Positions 22,068 through 34,009 are shown, numbered from the stretch's first letter. The stretch: DNA of 64,000 nt from Hyphochytrium catenoides (GCA_900088475.1 FLMG01000355.1:124001-188000), one strand, 5' to 3'. The notes: generated by a model from the sequence alone, not told the origin. Made by a program: numbers and translations.

Positions 22068-24953
22068 CTATGCCGCCGTGGGCCATTTCTTACAGTGACC
22101 AAGGTCACAACGCTGAAGCCTAACGACCGCCAAGATCCGCTCAGGCAGCTCGGCTTTGGCCTTTCCTTCCAGAACAAAAGCCAGATCCAGAACCAACATC
22201 GTCAAATATCCTTTGACAACCTTGAGGACCCCTTGCGCTACGCTAGAAGAGCCAACGTCGCAGTCTATTTCAAAGTAGTGCTCCCCCTTGAAGTACCTCT
22301 GCGTTAACTTGTTCCCCAGGATAGCTGGCGTACTGCCAACTGAGCTCTTGACAATCCAGTTGCCCTCAGTCACATTTGGGATGATCTTGAGGCGACTATC
22401 GCGGTAGGAGTCCGAACCATTGAGAAAATTCTGCCAAAGAGTTCCCCATGGTGTCCCTGGGTCAAAGGCATTCGATTCCTTGGCCTGAAAATAGAGGACC
22501 AAAGCCATCTGTGGCGAGCCAGGAATTTGAAACTGCATAACGAGAGTGAAAGGGCAGGGCACACCTCGACGCTTTGCCTCTTCGATCGCCAGCTGCACCC
22601 GGTTCTGCGGCTTAGAGGCAATGTGGTCTGTTTTCTCAAGTACCTCAAAGAGGTCTGTGGCTACTAGGGACAGAAGCGCAGGCTTGGAAGGAATTTTCAC
22701 CTTGTCTTCCAAGTACCCGGGACCTCTAACCTTAAACTGCGTGCCATCTCCGTTGACGGCAGAAGGAAATGAATCCTGCACACTCCGCAGGATTAACTCT
22801 TCTCTGTGTAGCTGCTCAACATCCGGCTTGACGGCGCCGCTGGCAGCGGCTACACCCTCGTGCCTTAGCAAATCCTGGCGTCGGCCTGCTGAACCAAGAG
22901 CGTCCGGCTCCGGTGGAAGAAGCTCTAATCCATCCGTTCCGAAATCTTCACCATGAAGCTGGCCAGATTCCTTTATAATTGACAAGCGCTGTGTCACGAG
23001 AGCCGCTTCTTTTTGAAGCTCTTCACTCTGCGTCGGACTGAGGTACTGGCGCAGCTTGTAATGGTCCTGAAGCCTGACAAGGTGTCCAAGAAGCTCAGAT
23101 GTATAGAGGTGAACAAAAAATAGAAAGTGTGCCAGCCAGCCGCCTGGCTCTAGTTGCATGAAGCAGGTTACAAGGCAGCTCGGCGGCAGAAGCGAGGAAT
23201 AGTGATCCCTGTTTCGTCCCTTGATGTGATAGCCCTGGACCTTCAACCGGCCCCTAATGTACCCAGATCGAGGCGGGCAGGCCTTATGGGAGCAGCTAGT
23301 CATGGAAATAACGTATGATCCATCTCCTTCCTTATTCCATCTTCGGAGGACACAGAAGTCCCTGGCAGCCACAGGAAAGAACCAAATGCTACACGGCCTG
23401 ACGGCAAAGTACACGACGTCTGTGTGCCTATCAATCCTCTCTACCACTTGGACCTCTTTGATCACTGGATTCCATTGATGGTAGCTACTAACATCTCGCA
23501 GCGTCCTGAATACCTCCTCAGTGGCGCTTTCCACTACAGCCATCGCCTTAACACAGCCCATCTCCTGCAGAAAGTGCTTACTGAACGGTGGCAGGTAGGT
23601 CCTCAGCCCATTGCGAAAGAAGAGAGGTCTCCACTCCTGCCATGGTATGAGCAGCCATCGAAGAACGTAGGATAGGGCCGAAAGCACTACTGCTATTCTA
23701 GGGTCACCGCTCCTGCCCTCTTCTCCACTAGAATTGGCCGGTGAGAGCTGGATGGATGAACTACCCGAGGCCAAGTTACGCTCGTCAGACTCATAGTAGA
23801 CGTTGGGAACTGTTCTCGACCCTCTTCGCGACCGCATGCCGTTGGACTCGGAGCCAATAGCCGATGATGGACTCCGAACAGTTGTTAGTGGACCTGCCTC
23901 TAATGCAGGAACAAGAAGCCTTGGCAAGAGACCGGGCATCAAGTCTTTCCTGGGCGCTGAGGACGCACTCTGGTAGAGTTGTCCGTCTTGAGCTCCTACC
24001 GCAGCTTTGTGAGTGTCACCATTGAAACCATCAACAAACTTCCTCGCTGGCGAGCCATTCTCTGGTGTGACAACTAGAGACGAATTTTCGCTGTGTACAG
24101 TCTCTCCGCCAACGGCTATGGACGGAGGAGATAGAAGCAGGTCATCTGGTTGCGCACCGACGTCCTTGGTGCTATCAGTACTAACGGTACCGTTATCAGA
24201 GGACCCAATGTCTAGGGACTGTGAAGTCCCGCAAACGCTATTGATGACGGAAACCCAGTGGTCTACAGAGCGGACGGACTGCGAGGCGAACAGCACACAG
24301 CCTAGCTCCCCGCTTTGCTTTAGAAATGTCCTTGCCTCTGTGTTGTCATATTCCATCGCCGTCGCCGGACTTGGAACAGAGAATCTGGACCTCTTACCTC
24401 CTGACTGCTTGCTCTTGCCTTTTTTTCCCTTACGAGTCTTTGGGGCATCCGCCGAACAAATACCTAGGGCCTTCTCCGCAGCCTCCAAGGATGTAGGACG
24501 AAACACCTTGAACGTAAAGAAGACATCCTCTGGGTCCTCTCCGGCAAGGAAATCGTCCTCGTCCACCGATATCCGGTACTTCACCGCCATCTCATGAATG
24601 TTGCCTTCTTTCTTTGCTGCCCAGTCACTACCGAGAGGTATGGCGATTAGAGGTTCCGTGTCGCCAGGATGGCGCAAACATATCAGATTAGCGTTGGAAC
24701 ATATTGCGTACACATCCCACCACTTGGATGACTCCACGCCCACCTTGATCTTCAGCCAACCCGTCATATTCGCAAAGGAAGGAGCTTCAATCTCGGCTCC
24801 TAGGGTATCATACTCCCTATCCTCCGTATCGGCAGATTCGGCTGGCATAGATGGAGCCGACATTTCATCACGGGATGGCGCTAGTTGGAGTCCAGACGGG
24901 CCCAAAGGTAGGAACGAGGCCATACCATGAGGGTCACTGGCCTTGGAGTCCAT
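22068..24953 (-). CDS. EDR2-like lipid-binding protein (PH-like + START + DUF1336/EDR2_C), intronless
   Basis: N-terminal PH-like segment (GWLKIK...WVSVINSV). START domain (VKAMAVVES...ARDFCVLRRW...SGYIRG). C-terminal FKVRGPGYLEDKVK...RLKIIPNVTEGNWIVKSSVGSTPAILG...EIDCDVGSS...ELPERIL. Confidence 0.9.
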   Translation of the reverse strand: MDSKASDPHGMASFLPLGPSGLQLAPSRDEMSAPSMPAESADTEDREYDTLGAEIEAPSFANMTGWLKIKVGVESSKWWDVYAICSNANLICLRHPGDTEPLIAIPLGSDWAAKKEGNIHEMAVKYRISVDEDDFLAGEDPEDVFFTFKVFRPTSLEAAEKALGICSADAPKTRKGKKGKSKQSGGKRSRFSVPSPATAMEYDNTEARTFLKQSGELGCVLFASQSVRSVDHWVSVINSVCGTSQSLDIGSSDNGTVSTDSTKDVGAQPDDLLLSPPSIAVGGETVHSENSSLVVTPENGSPARKFVDGFNGDTHKAAVGAQDGQLYQSASSAPRKDLMPGLLPRLLVPALEAGPLTTVRSPSSAIGSESNGMRSRRGSRTVPNVYYESDERNLASGSSSIQLSPANSSGEEGRSGDPRIAVVLSALSYVLRWLLIPWQEWRPLFFRNGLRTYLPPFSKHFLQEMGCVKAMAVVESATEEVFRTLRDVSSYHQWNPVIKEVQVVERIDRHTDVVYFAVRPCSIWFFPVAARDFCVLRRWNKEGDGSYVISMTSCSHKACPPRSGYIRGRLKVQGYHIKGRNRDHYSSLLPPSCLVTCFMQLEPGGWLAHFLFFVHLYTSELLGHLVRLQDHYKLRQYLSPTQSEELQKEAALVTQRLSIIKESGQLHGEDFGTDGLELLPPEPDALGSAGRRQDLLRHEGVAAASGAVKPDVEQLHREELILRSVQDSFPSAVNGDGTQFKVRGPGYLEDKVKIPSKPALLSLVATDLFEVLEKTDHIASKPQNRVQLAIEEAKRRGVPCPFTLVMQFQIPGSPQMALVLYFQAKESNAFDPGTPWGTLWQNFLNGSDSYRDSRLKIIPNVTEGNWIVKSSVGSTPAILGNKLTQRYFKGEHYFEIDCDVGSSSVAQGVLKVVKGYLTMLVLDLAFVLEGKAKAELPERILAVVRLQRCDLGHCKKWPTAA

Positions 24954-25879
24954 TGTTCAGTCCTGAGTCTCTTTTCATCACCAAGCAGGCAGAAACGCAA
25001 GGGGCCTGTTCTATCTCCTATAGCTCACTTGAGAATTTCTCACAGGTCAAAGCCGGGTCTAGCTAGCAGATGCGCAGAACTATCATCTTCCGTAGGTTGA
25101 CATGGCAGAGCGGCCTCGACCAGCCGCTGGACGGTGACCCTAACGAGCTAGCTACCTATAACGGACTCAGCACCGAGCCCACATCAATGGAGCTTCAGAA
25201 CTGCTGGTGAATCCCTCGGAGAGACTATGAGGCAGAAGCTCAGCATGATGCGACAACAGTCTGTTGCCGCTCAGCAGCAGCGCCAGCTCAGTGTGAGAGA
25301 GAGGCGGCGGATGTATAGGGCCGATCCGCCCTTTTCCCCTGAAGTTCAAGACCACGAGGCAGCAGCAAATAGCTTGACTTATCACCCGCCACACCACCCA
25401 CTTGCTCCTTCTTGCCCGGCGTAGGATCAGGTACATGATCCTTGAAAGATCACCTCTGTGATAACTATTGATCATCGGTCTTCTTGTGTGTCTGCAGCGC
25501 TTTTCCCGCCAAAGGTCAATCCTCTGATCAGAACGAAGCACGCATCGGATACTTCCCTGGCAATGACAGCAGCAGCCGGAGCAGCAGCAGCAGAAGAAGA
25601 GGATAACGAAGGCGTAGATAAGACTGCGCCACGGAGGGCATAGAAGCGTGAAGGCGCTCCCGAGGACTATTTCTATCTTGGTCTCAGGGCTGCTACTGAC
25701 TGCTTAATCGATTCGCATTAGAGGCAATGATAAGCTCTACATCGACCTGGAGTAGCCTCTGATATCGTAAAGAACCGTGGTTCTCTTGCATTTCGACGTT
25801 ACTCTAGGCAGCCCACTGGAAAGCAGCGTCCTGGCTCTTCCATGCTTCGACTTTGCCTATAGGGCCAGTAGCTGGAGGG

Positions 25880-27995
25880 ATGGACGTCACCTCCAGGAAC
25901 CAAATGTACGTAGAAGGACATGCCTTTCCTTGACAGAAACCTGTTGTCATCCTTTGCTATAGGGGCAGGAAAGATCTACCAGTCGCCGAGCGGGATCTGG
26001 CCACCTATGGCATAGCACCTAGTCTCCTAGGTAGGGGATACCTTTAAGATGTCACGTTGTCCTGACTCATAATAATGAAAGGAAACCAGCGGCATTGTTG
26101 CGGGCAGGCTATCGCACGGGCAAGGACGTTGCAGACACTCTTCCAAGAGAACTGGCTGCGGGTATTATCTGACATTGGCTTACCCTTAGTCTGGAAAACT
26201 AAGCTATTCCTGGGCAGAAGCAAAAATAAGTGTTGATGACGCTATCAGAGTCTTGAGTGCCGTGCGGAGTTGTGGCAACGACAGGGCCGTGGCTTCCGCC
26301 GTCGTCCCGGCCCTGCATTCACCGGGCTTGTCAGCTCTGGACCTCTTCCTCGTAGGTTATCTCAAATGTTGGAAATCCCCGATTCTGCTGGTTTTAATGT
26401 GCTCTCTGGCTACTCAAAGAAACGGAAGAAGAACAAGCCCATCATAACGTTCTGCAGTGATCTGGATATGATGCTGGGCGGTGGCCTACAGCGCGGAGAA
26501 GTCACAGAGTTCTGTGAGTCTGATCTCACTCTCTTTGCCGTTCTCACTTTAACTTTCCCTTGACGGATAGGTGGTGTGCCAGGAATTGGAAAGACTCAGC
26601 TCGGGTAGGTGATGTGTGCCACGAGACCACGCACATGCCTATATTCTCACCGTCGCACCCTCACTCATTAGTATACAGTTGGCGCTTGATGTCCAGATAC
26701 CTGAGGATTTTGGGGGCGTTGGGGGCGAGGCAGTGTATATTGGTAAGTATCTTTGTAGTTAACATAGCAGTGGATAGGACACTAACCTCGACTATTCCGT
26801 TAGATACTGAGGGAAGCTTCATGATAGAACGAGTTGCAGAGATGGCAGAGGCAGTCCAGCAGCACGTCGGAAACATTGCGGTATCAAACTTCTCCCCCAG
26901 CTCAGTACTTTTCTTGTCGTGGTGTCTCGAGCCGTCGCTCCTACGCGAGCATGTCTCGTCGATGCACATATCACGGTTACTCCTAGAACTTTATAATGTC
27001 TCCTATCCAGCCCTAGACATCTTAGCTATTTCGTGCACTAGAATCCTAAAAACATCAAGCTGACACGGGTCCCCGCAGAAGAGGAACCCACAATATGCAG
27101 CTGCAGCTGAAGACTTCACAATGGAGAAGCTTCTTCGGGGTATCCACTGCGCCAGGGTCTATGACAGCTGTGAGCAGATGGCGGCGATTAACGCTCTGCA
27201 AGACTTTCTCAGAGATCATCCGAGGGTCAGGCTGGTGGTCCTAGACAGTATTGCGTTCCACTACAGGCACGACTTTGAAGACGTTGCCCTGCGTATGCGA
27301 CAACTAAGCTCTGTAGCGCAGCTTCTGCTAGGTTTAGCCCACGACTTTGACGTTGCGGTAAGCCGCAAAAGAGAGAGAGAGAGAAGACGAGAGGTAGCCC
27401 CCACTTTAGCCTACAGAAGCATACCATCATAGAAGAGCTGCAAGTGAAAGTCAATGTCTCTCTCTTCGTTTGGCGCTAAGCATGTTCCTTGTAGGTTGTT
27501 CTAATCAATCAGGTCACGACGAAGGTCAATGTGGGCTCCACTACGAGCCCAAGCTTTTCCAAGATAATTCCAGCCTTAGGTATTTGTTATGTTTGGTCGT
27601 CCTCAAGACGTGGCTGACCTTCCCCATCCTTGTCGTTTGCTCAAACCTTCTCCCTTCCTACTGGTCTCATCACCGGTAACCCCAGGTGAGAGCTGGTCTC
27701 ACGCTCCAACCAATAGGGTGATGCTGTTCTGGCAGGTAACTACTTTGTGCTTCGGCCCTTAGTGGTCGACCTCACTGGCTTATATTTTCTCCGTCGCTTA
27801 GGATGGACAGCGCTTTGCCCACCTGATGAAGTCACCTAACCGGGAGCAACAGACGGTGCAATTTCAAGGTAACGCGATCTACTGACTATTGCTATGCTAT
27901 TCTTAGCTCAAGCGTTGCGCCTGGCAGTGAACGAAAAGGGCATCAGGGGTTTGCCCTCAAAGAAGAGACGCTTCCAGGAGAGAGCGGAGAATTAG
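25880..27995 (+). CDS. RAD51C: DNA repair protein RAD51 paralog C (multi-exon)
   Basis: IITFCSDLDMMLGGG...VTEFC|GVPGIGKTQLG (Walker A); QIPEDFGGVGGEAVYI|DTEGSF; VRLVVLDSIAFHYRHDFED (Walker B); PAL|GESWSHA. Confidence 0.93.
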
Positions 27996-28176
27996 AGCAA
28001 TTGCCAGTCCAATAAGCTGGACTGACTGTATAGCGGGATAGGACCAATGTGTCGAATGGACTGCATGTCTATGATACATTCAGTCAGCGTATCTACACGT
28101 CAATCATTCCCTCCGATTGTCCCAATGGGTAGCAACTTAGTGAGTTCCTCTCCTTCCTACTGCACCCCTTCCCCAT

Positions 28177-31100
28177 TTAGAAGAATATACCGCCCTCATC
28201 ATCCTCCTCCTGCAAAGTATGGAAATATTCGGTCAGCGTCTGCGAGGAAACAGTCCTCGGGAAAGTGTGTGCGCCTTGATGGAGGGGCAGGACGCTCATA
28301 CTTGCACTCTGGGGCAGACCGCCAGTAGGTGCATGCTGTTGATTAAGCGTTGCCGTGAAGCGGGACATGTCATTCATGGAGAAGATGCGGTTGGCTGATG
28401 TAGAAATTTTGGTGAGAGACGTAAGAAGCTCAATCACACTTTCCACATCGTTGACGTAGTATTGAGCTGCGCTGGGTTTCTTGCCCACCGTCACTGTGTA
28501 ACAGTTCTTCAGCCTACAAATATAAGGCCATGCATCAGTTGGATATGCGACTTTGAGGTTGCGGAGAGAGCAGGAGCTATCCACCCGGCAGCGTTGTGCT
28601 CAGTCAATTTCTCATGTATGCAGTTCGCTTGCCAAGAGACAGGACAAGAGAGAGAGGACACAAAGAGAGGAATCCCCCATTGAAAGACTGCTAGCGCGTA
28701 ACTCCAAAAGCCAGAAGGATGGAGGTCTTTTCAAGGCTAACTGTCTCAAAGATGCCGCCATGGGTTACCTGGTTCTCTCTTCTAGCTCTACAAACATGGG
28801 CTCGTCAGAAGCATCGTCGCCTATGCACAGCACGAAGTCCACATATTGGCTGGTCGTGCTCTCGACTGTGGAAAGAATCCGGTCTACCATCAGCCCCTTA
28901 TGCACGCCCTCAGGGCGAACTTCAAGATAGCCTTTGCCTATGAGAATCTATGGTGTGACAAAGTTAGGCAAGCAGTAAAAGTTTTTAGACAAAGAGAACC
29001 TAAAGTTTAGGGAAAGGTCAGGACTGGAACTTACGTCTACGTTGAAGTGCTCGAGGACTTGCACCAGTTGGTCCTGCAACTCCTTTGCCTGGAGCATGCC
29101 AAACTCTGGGTCGGCATCCGAATATTGCCACACCAGAGCACTTCCTTTCTTCTCGATATATGTGCCATCCGTGCGCTGCCAAAAGAAGTGGTCCACTTTC
29201 GTCAGCCCTATGAGCTTAAACCTCTGTCGTTGTCTCACTTCCTCTCTCTTCCTCTCTCTCCCTCTCTGTTTTCTATTCCTTCTCTCGCCCTTGGCAGGGT
29301 AATGTTTCTCTAATAGCTAACCGGTCCCACTTCGGCTTGACTGCTTTACAAGTTCATCGTCCACCCGGTATATCTTTTCTCCAATGAAGGTCTAACCTGA
29401 GTATAGATGTCCATTATGGAGTGCGTGATCTCCTTCCAGCTGTCATCGTTCGTTCTCTCGACCACTGTCTCCCAATAATTCGCATCCGAGTCCACAAGAT
29501 CTAGTTCTTCTGCAAAGAGGCGGACCTCAAGGTCATGCCCTCTATCCTCAGACCGCGGCCAGTGATAGAAGTACCCGTGCTCAGCGGCTAAGCCAAGACT
29601 TCGAACTTTTGTGAAAGCCTTGGTAAACCCGAGAGTGAGTATAGATTGAGCTAACGGCACCGAGTCTTTGAATGCTGACTCGACTTTGTGGGAAGGACTT
29701 GACAGCAGTAAGCAAAGCAAGGATGGTCAGTTCGTGGCTATACCTTTTTCAAGTCACTTCGTTCTTTGCCACTGAGGATAAAGACAGTGTTTCTCGGATC
29801 ATCGCACAGCTTCTGAAGTAGGTTCAGAGTACTGGGACGCAACTCCTCAACCGCCTCTTGACGCTCCTGGAGGTACTTAGTATACCTACACGCCTTATTT
29901 AGTCTACAGAGCGTTATGTGCCTTTTGTTCTCTCTCTTCTTTGCCACTTCTAGCTGTGGTTTCTATCGGTCATCTGCTTCTGTTATTTTGGTCCTTCTTT
30001 GACCATAAGCGGCACCACACTGTGAGAACTCTAGGTTGTTTTCCTAGTGAGAACTTCCCAATACTTGTGTAGCCGCCTGTAGGGGTAAAATCACTATCAG
30101 CAACCAGTCCTTACCGATTCTGTGGCTCTTCTGCCACGAGCGTCCCCCCAAAGTCCAGCAAAATGCATCTTCTGGAGCTCTTTCGGTATTGCCGCAGCAC
30201 CTTATCGACGTCTAGTGCTTGAAAGCCGTGATGCATTCCCAACATTCTGAAGCCAAAGCCAAAGCCCATGCTTAGATAGTCCACATCGTCCAGTTTTTTG
30301 TGAGAACGCTTCAAGTCCACGAGCACGCGTTCCGCCCACCGAGTGGTGGTGTTCCCTAAGATATACTGGAATGACACGAGTTAGAAAAGCAGGAACGTAG
30401 GCATGGCCACAGCGATAGAATCTGCTTCACTAAGAGAACAAGAGCAGAAACAACAGAGCCGGGAGGCAGAGAAAAGAGAGCCAGCTCAGGAACGGGGTAG
30501 GTTGATAGGAAGCGAAGTAGTTGGGATTGCATCATATGGAAGCCAATAGGGGTGAAGGTTGAAACAGTGGAGTCGCGGGACACCTGCAGAGTTCTCTGGT
30601 GTCTATCTTTTCTCAAGTCTTCAGATTGTGAGAATATCTGCTCTATGGCTTCCACCACTTCTTCCTTCCTCCATGGATTGACCGACCAGGCGCCATGTAA
30701 TACTCTGCTGCATCCCACAAACTCTGACATTATGAGCGTCCCCGGTTGCCTTTGGAGGTTCTTACTAACAAACTCTTGCGTATAGACATACTCAAAGGGG
30801 TTCAGCTGGATGCCACCGCGTACGTGCGTGAGGAGCTTTGCGGGAAAGGACAAAGGTAGGTGTTAGGGCAAACATCCACTCAAATAAGGTAGGGGAAGTA
30901 GCTCCGGCAATGGGGGATCTAATGTCCTACTAGCGGGGTGAGCAGAAGGTATCTGAGACTACATAGAAACACTTGGAGAACTTGGGATATCCTGTCAATA
31001 GCCAGCAAGGCGTGGAGCCTGATATCAACACCTCTTGAACTGGCGGGATTTTCGTCGCCTAGCACTTACAAAAGCATCTGCCATTCCCATGTATGCCATC

Positions 31101-33739
31101 CGCTCTTCAAAGGATAAGCTTGGTACTTCCTTGTAATGAATAACAGGATCATCTGGTCCGCCTCCTGTCGGAAAATCCTGGTTGATCTGATCTCTGAGTA
31201 ATCGCACCTCCAGCAGTGTTTGTTGATAGGATTTCTGGCGTGATACGTATTCCCCACTGTCTGCCACACAGACCTGTAGTGCAACACCAGGAAAAGGATA
31301 TTATAGATGTCGCGCAAGGAGTAAGTAAACCCTTCAGGGCGGTGCAAAGCCACACCCAAGAATTGACTAGAGCAAATTTCTCTGTAGAGCAAGATAGATG
31401 GCAAGGAAGAGTAGCGCAGAGGAGGTAGAAGGGGCATGAGCGAAGGCGATTTGGAAAAACGGAGTACAAGAGCGCTTTTGAAAAGAAAAGAAGTGGGCAG
31501 CAAGCATGCTAAGTACCTGGACTAATCTGAGGATACGGGCTTGCTCCGGATACTTCTTGAGGAATTCACGCAGGGCCAGAAGCTTCAGCTGAATGCCACT
31601 GAGCCTACCCAGACTGTCCAGCCCGCACAGCACTACTTTCCCTTTATATTCCTCGATGAGCTGAGTGACCTGGCGACAAGAAGATCAGTGTACTCCATAA
31701 AAGCCTCAGCTCAAAGGGTACTACAAGACAGCTATAAATTCAGGCTATAGACATAAAAAGACGCTATGAAGCAGCCAATATCGAACGACAGGCATTAGCA
31801 TTGGTAGCTTTGCAATACCCGGGTATTATAACTTTCAGTCTCCAGAATGGAGTCCAGAAGGGAGGGTTCAATGCCTGCGTGACTAATAGTGATATTCACT
31901 AGCCGTCCTCCGTAATCCACACCCAAAAACCCTCCCTGCTGTGGACCGTAAGTCAAGCCCATAATCCTGCGACAGCTGGTCAAGAAATGCCTTGCGTACT
32001 CGTAGAGGTGAAAACCTGTGACAAGAACTCATGTTAGAAGCGGTAAGCGCAGCACCATATTAGCTCTCCGAAGAGGAGGTCTCCACCGAAGACGTGATCT
32101 TGAACGAACGAACGAACGTAGAAGGACTATATACTTGGGATACCTATGTGATCTGCGCTTAGCATCCCTGAAAGTAAGGCATCCCTCACCGAGAGGGTCC
32201 TGAACAGCTCGGATGAGGGGAAAGGTGTGTGCAGAAACAGCCCTATATTCGCCCTCCTTAGACGTCGGGAGAGAAAGGAAGGAAGGATCAGGAGGTGCAG
32301 GTCATGGACCCATATCATATCTCCCTCATGATAAGCTTCGACAACCTGCAAATAAAAAATAATTCATCATTTACAGTCAAAGCCCTTAAAAATCCAAGAA
32401 GAGGCAGGTTGAGATGGAATCTACGAGGTCCGCTTCATAGTGAATAGTATAAAGATAGAGTGGAGATAGCATTCGACTTCTCTCGTACCGCGTCGCTGAA
32501 AACCTTATTGGCAGTTGCATATGTGGACCAAGCTGTGTCTTGCTCTGTAGGGTTCCACCATCTCGTAGGAAGCTCTCCATAGACGTCAATAACGTTATGG
32601 AAAATAGGCCAAAGGGTTCCTAAGCAGTACTTCTCATATCCCTTTGCTAGGTCCGGACTCAGAAAGACCGGCCAGCAGCGAAAGGGCTGAAGAGCCTCAC
32701 TCACAGCATCCTCTTCATCGGGTGTGATGACTGTGTTGCAAGGTACTGTACCCACCCATACGACACGCATACCATCGCTAGCATAGCTTTGGCCACTGTC
32801 TTGGGTTCTGTGGGTAGGGCAAAGCAGCTGATCTCGGTCCCATTGTACGTTCCAAGTCCCGTCTTCCTTCTTTGTAACAATGACAGGAAGTTTATAGCAG
32901 ACGATCAACACGGAATCGGATTTGCTTATTGTAGTTTCCTGCAGCGAATCGTCAAAGGAACGCCGGCGCTTGACTGGTCCTTGACGCGGAGGGGATCCCA
33001 TGTTCTTGATATGCGGATGAGGGATTCTGCCAGATGACTTAGTGTTCTGGTGTCGTATAACCTGTGCACTGGGCACGGCGCTCTTTGTCTCAACCTCTAG
33101 ACCCGTCGCGACGGATGGAGGTGAAGGACTGCTAGGGATAATCTGGTCTGAGACAAAAGCCTCACCAGTATGCAATCTAGGAATGAGAGGAAAGCCGTCA
33201 GGTTGAACAGTCTGGGGGACAGGCGTCCCATAGTCTTTATCCAGGGTGTCTTGGATGAGAAGCTCGTGTCCTTCTACAGAGACGGAGTGAACGGTATTGC
33301 CTTGCTCCCAGCGCTAAGAAGTAAGAGGGTGGTAAGTCGACTCAATACATGTTTTGCTTGAAATTGAAGGCGCTGGGCTCCCATCATCCTACCTTGAACT
33401 TTCCTCCTCCGAAGATGGCATACCTAAACCGCAGCTCCGTGCCTGTGTGGATCATAACAGGATGAGGGTTGAACCATAGAGGATAGAGCTCCGGTGTAGT
33501 CACGAGCTCGACGCCGTTATCGAGCGGAGATGAATGACCAGGCTCCGCAGGACGATCTGAGGCCACCACGAGGCTCTCGCCGTGCCGCAGGTTGGCCGTA
33601 AGCTCAAAGTCCACCCGTGTCTGAGGTGCAAACTAAAATAGCATATGCGTAAGGATTGGTAATAAAGGCGTGCAAGCAGAAAGACTGGACATACCTGTTG
33701 TCGGAACCTCTCAGAACTGAGAGAGCCCGAGCCCCTCAT
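28177..33739 (-). CDS. TPS: Trehalose-6-phosphate synthase/phosphatase-like fusion with N-terminal CBM20-like domain (multi-exon)
   Basis: Exon 1 MRGSGSLSSERFRQQ; CBM20-like VDFELTANLRHGESLVV...TPELYPLW...LRFRYAI. GT20 motifs LWPIFHN, IWVHDLHLLILPSFL, GLFLHTPFPSSE. TPP motifs AAEHG, YIEKKGSALVWQYSDADPEFG, LCIGDDASDE, TVGKKPSAAQYY. Confidence 0.93.
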
Positions 33740-33792
33740 CCTGCTGCTGTTCTTTGGCAATCAATTGGGGGAATTGTAGATGGTGGGTGGCT

Positions 33793-34009
33793 CTAAGATG
33801 GGCATAACCATGGACCGACCTATGACACTACAGCTCGATTCACCGCATCAATCAGGAGTGCTACCCCAAAGCGCTAGATAATAAGCAATCGCACAGTTAG
33901 CTCCACCGTGCCCTTGTAGGCTGTGTCCAGGTATACAATGGCACCTTCATCCACTTTCTTGCTTTTAGACCTTTAGACCTGAGTTGGCCGGGAAGCATAC
34001 CTTACCCAT
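33793..34009 (-). CDS. Spliced 32-aa upstream ORF of the TPS/TPP gene (MGKKVDEGAIVYLDTAYKGTVELTVGPWLCPS*)
   Basis: Exons 34009-34001, 33957-33895 and 33819-33793. Introns GTATGC..AAG (43 nt) and GTGCGA..TAG (75 nt) are both phase 0. The TAG lies 53 nt before the main ATG at 33739. Confidence 0.7.

Noticed and set aside
33740-33800. Antizyme-like +1 frameshift at ...TGC CCA TCT TAG (GPWLCPS* resembles antizyme GPRWCS*)
   Set aside because: The +1 frame is not the TPS frame and stops at a TGA just inside TPS exon 1. The TPS frame is blocked by the TGA at 33763-33761. No frameshift or readthrough at this stop can fuse the uORF to TPS.
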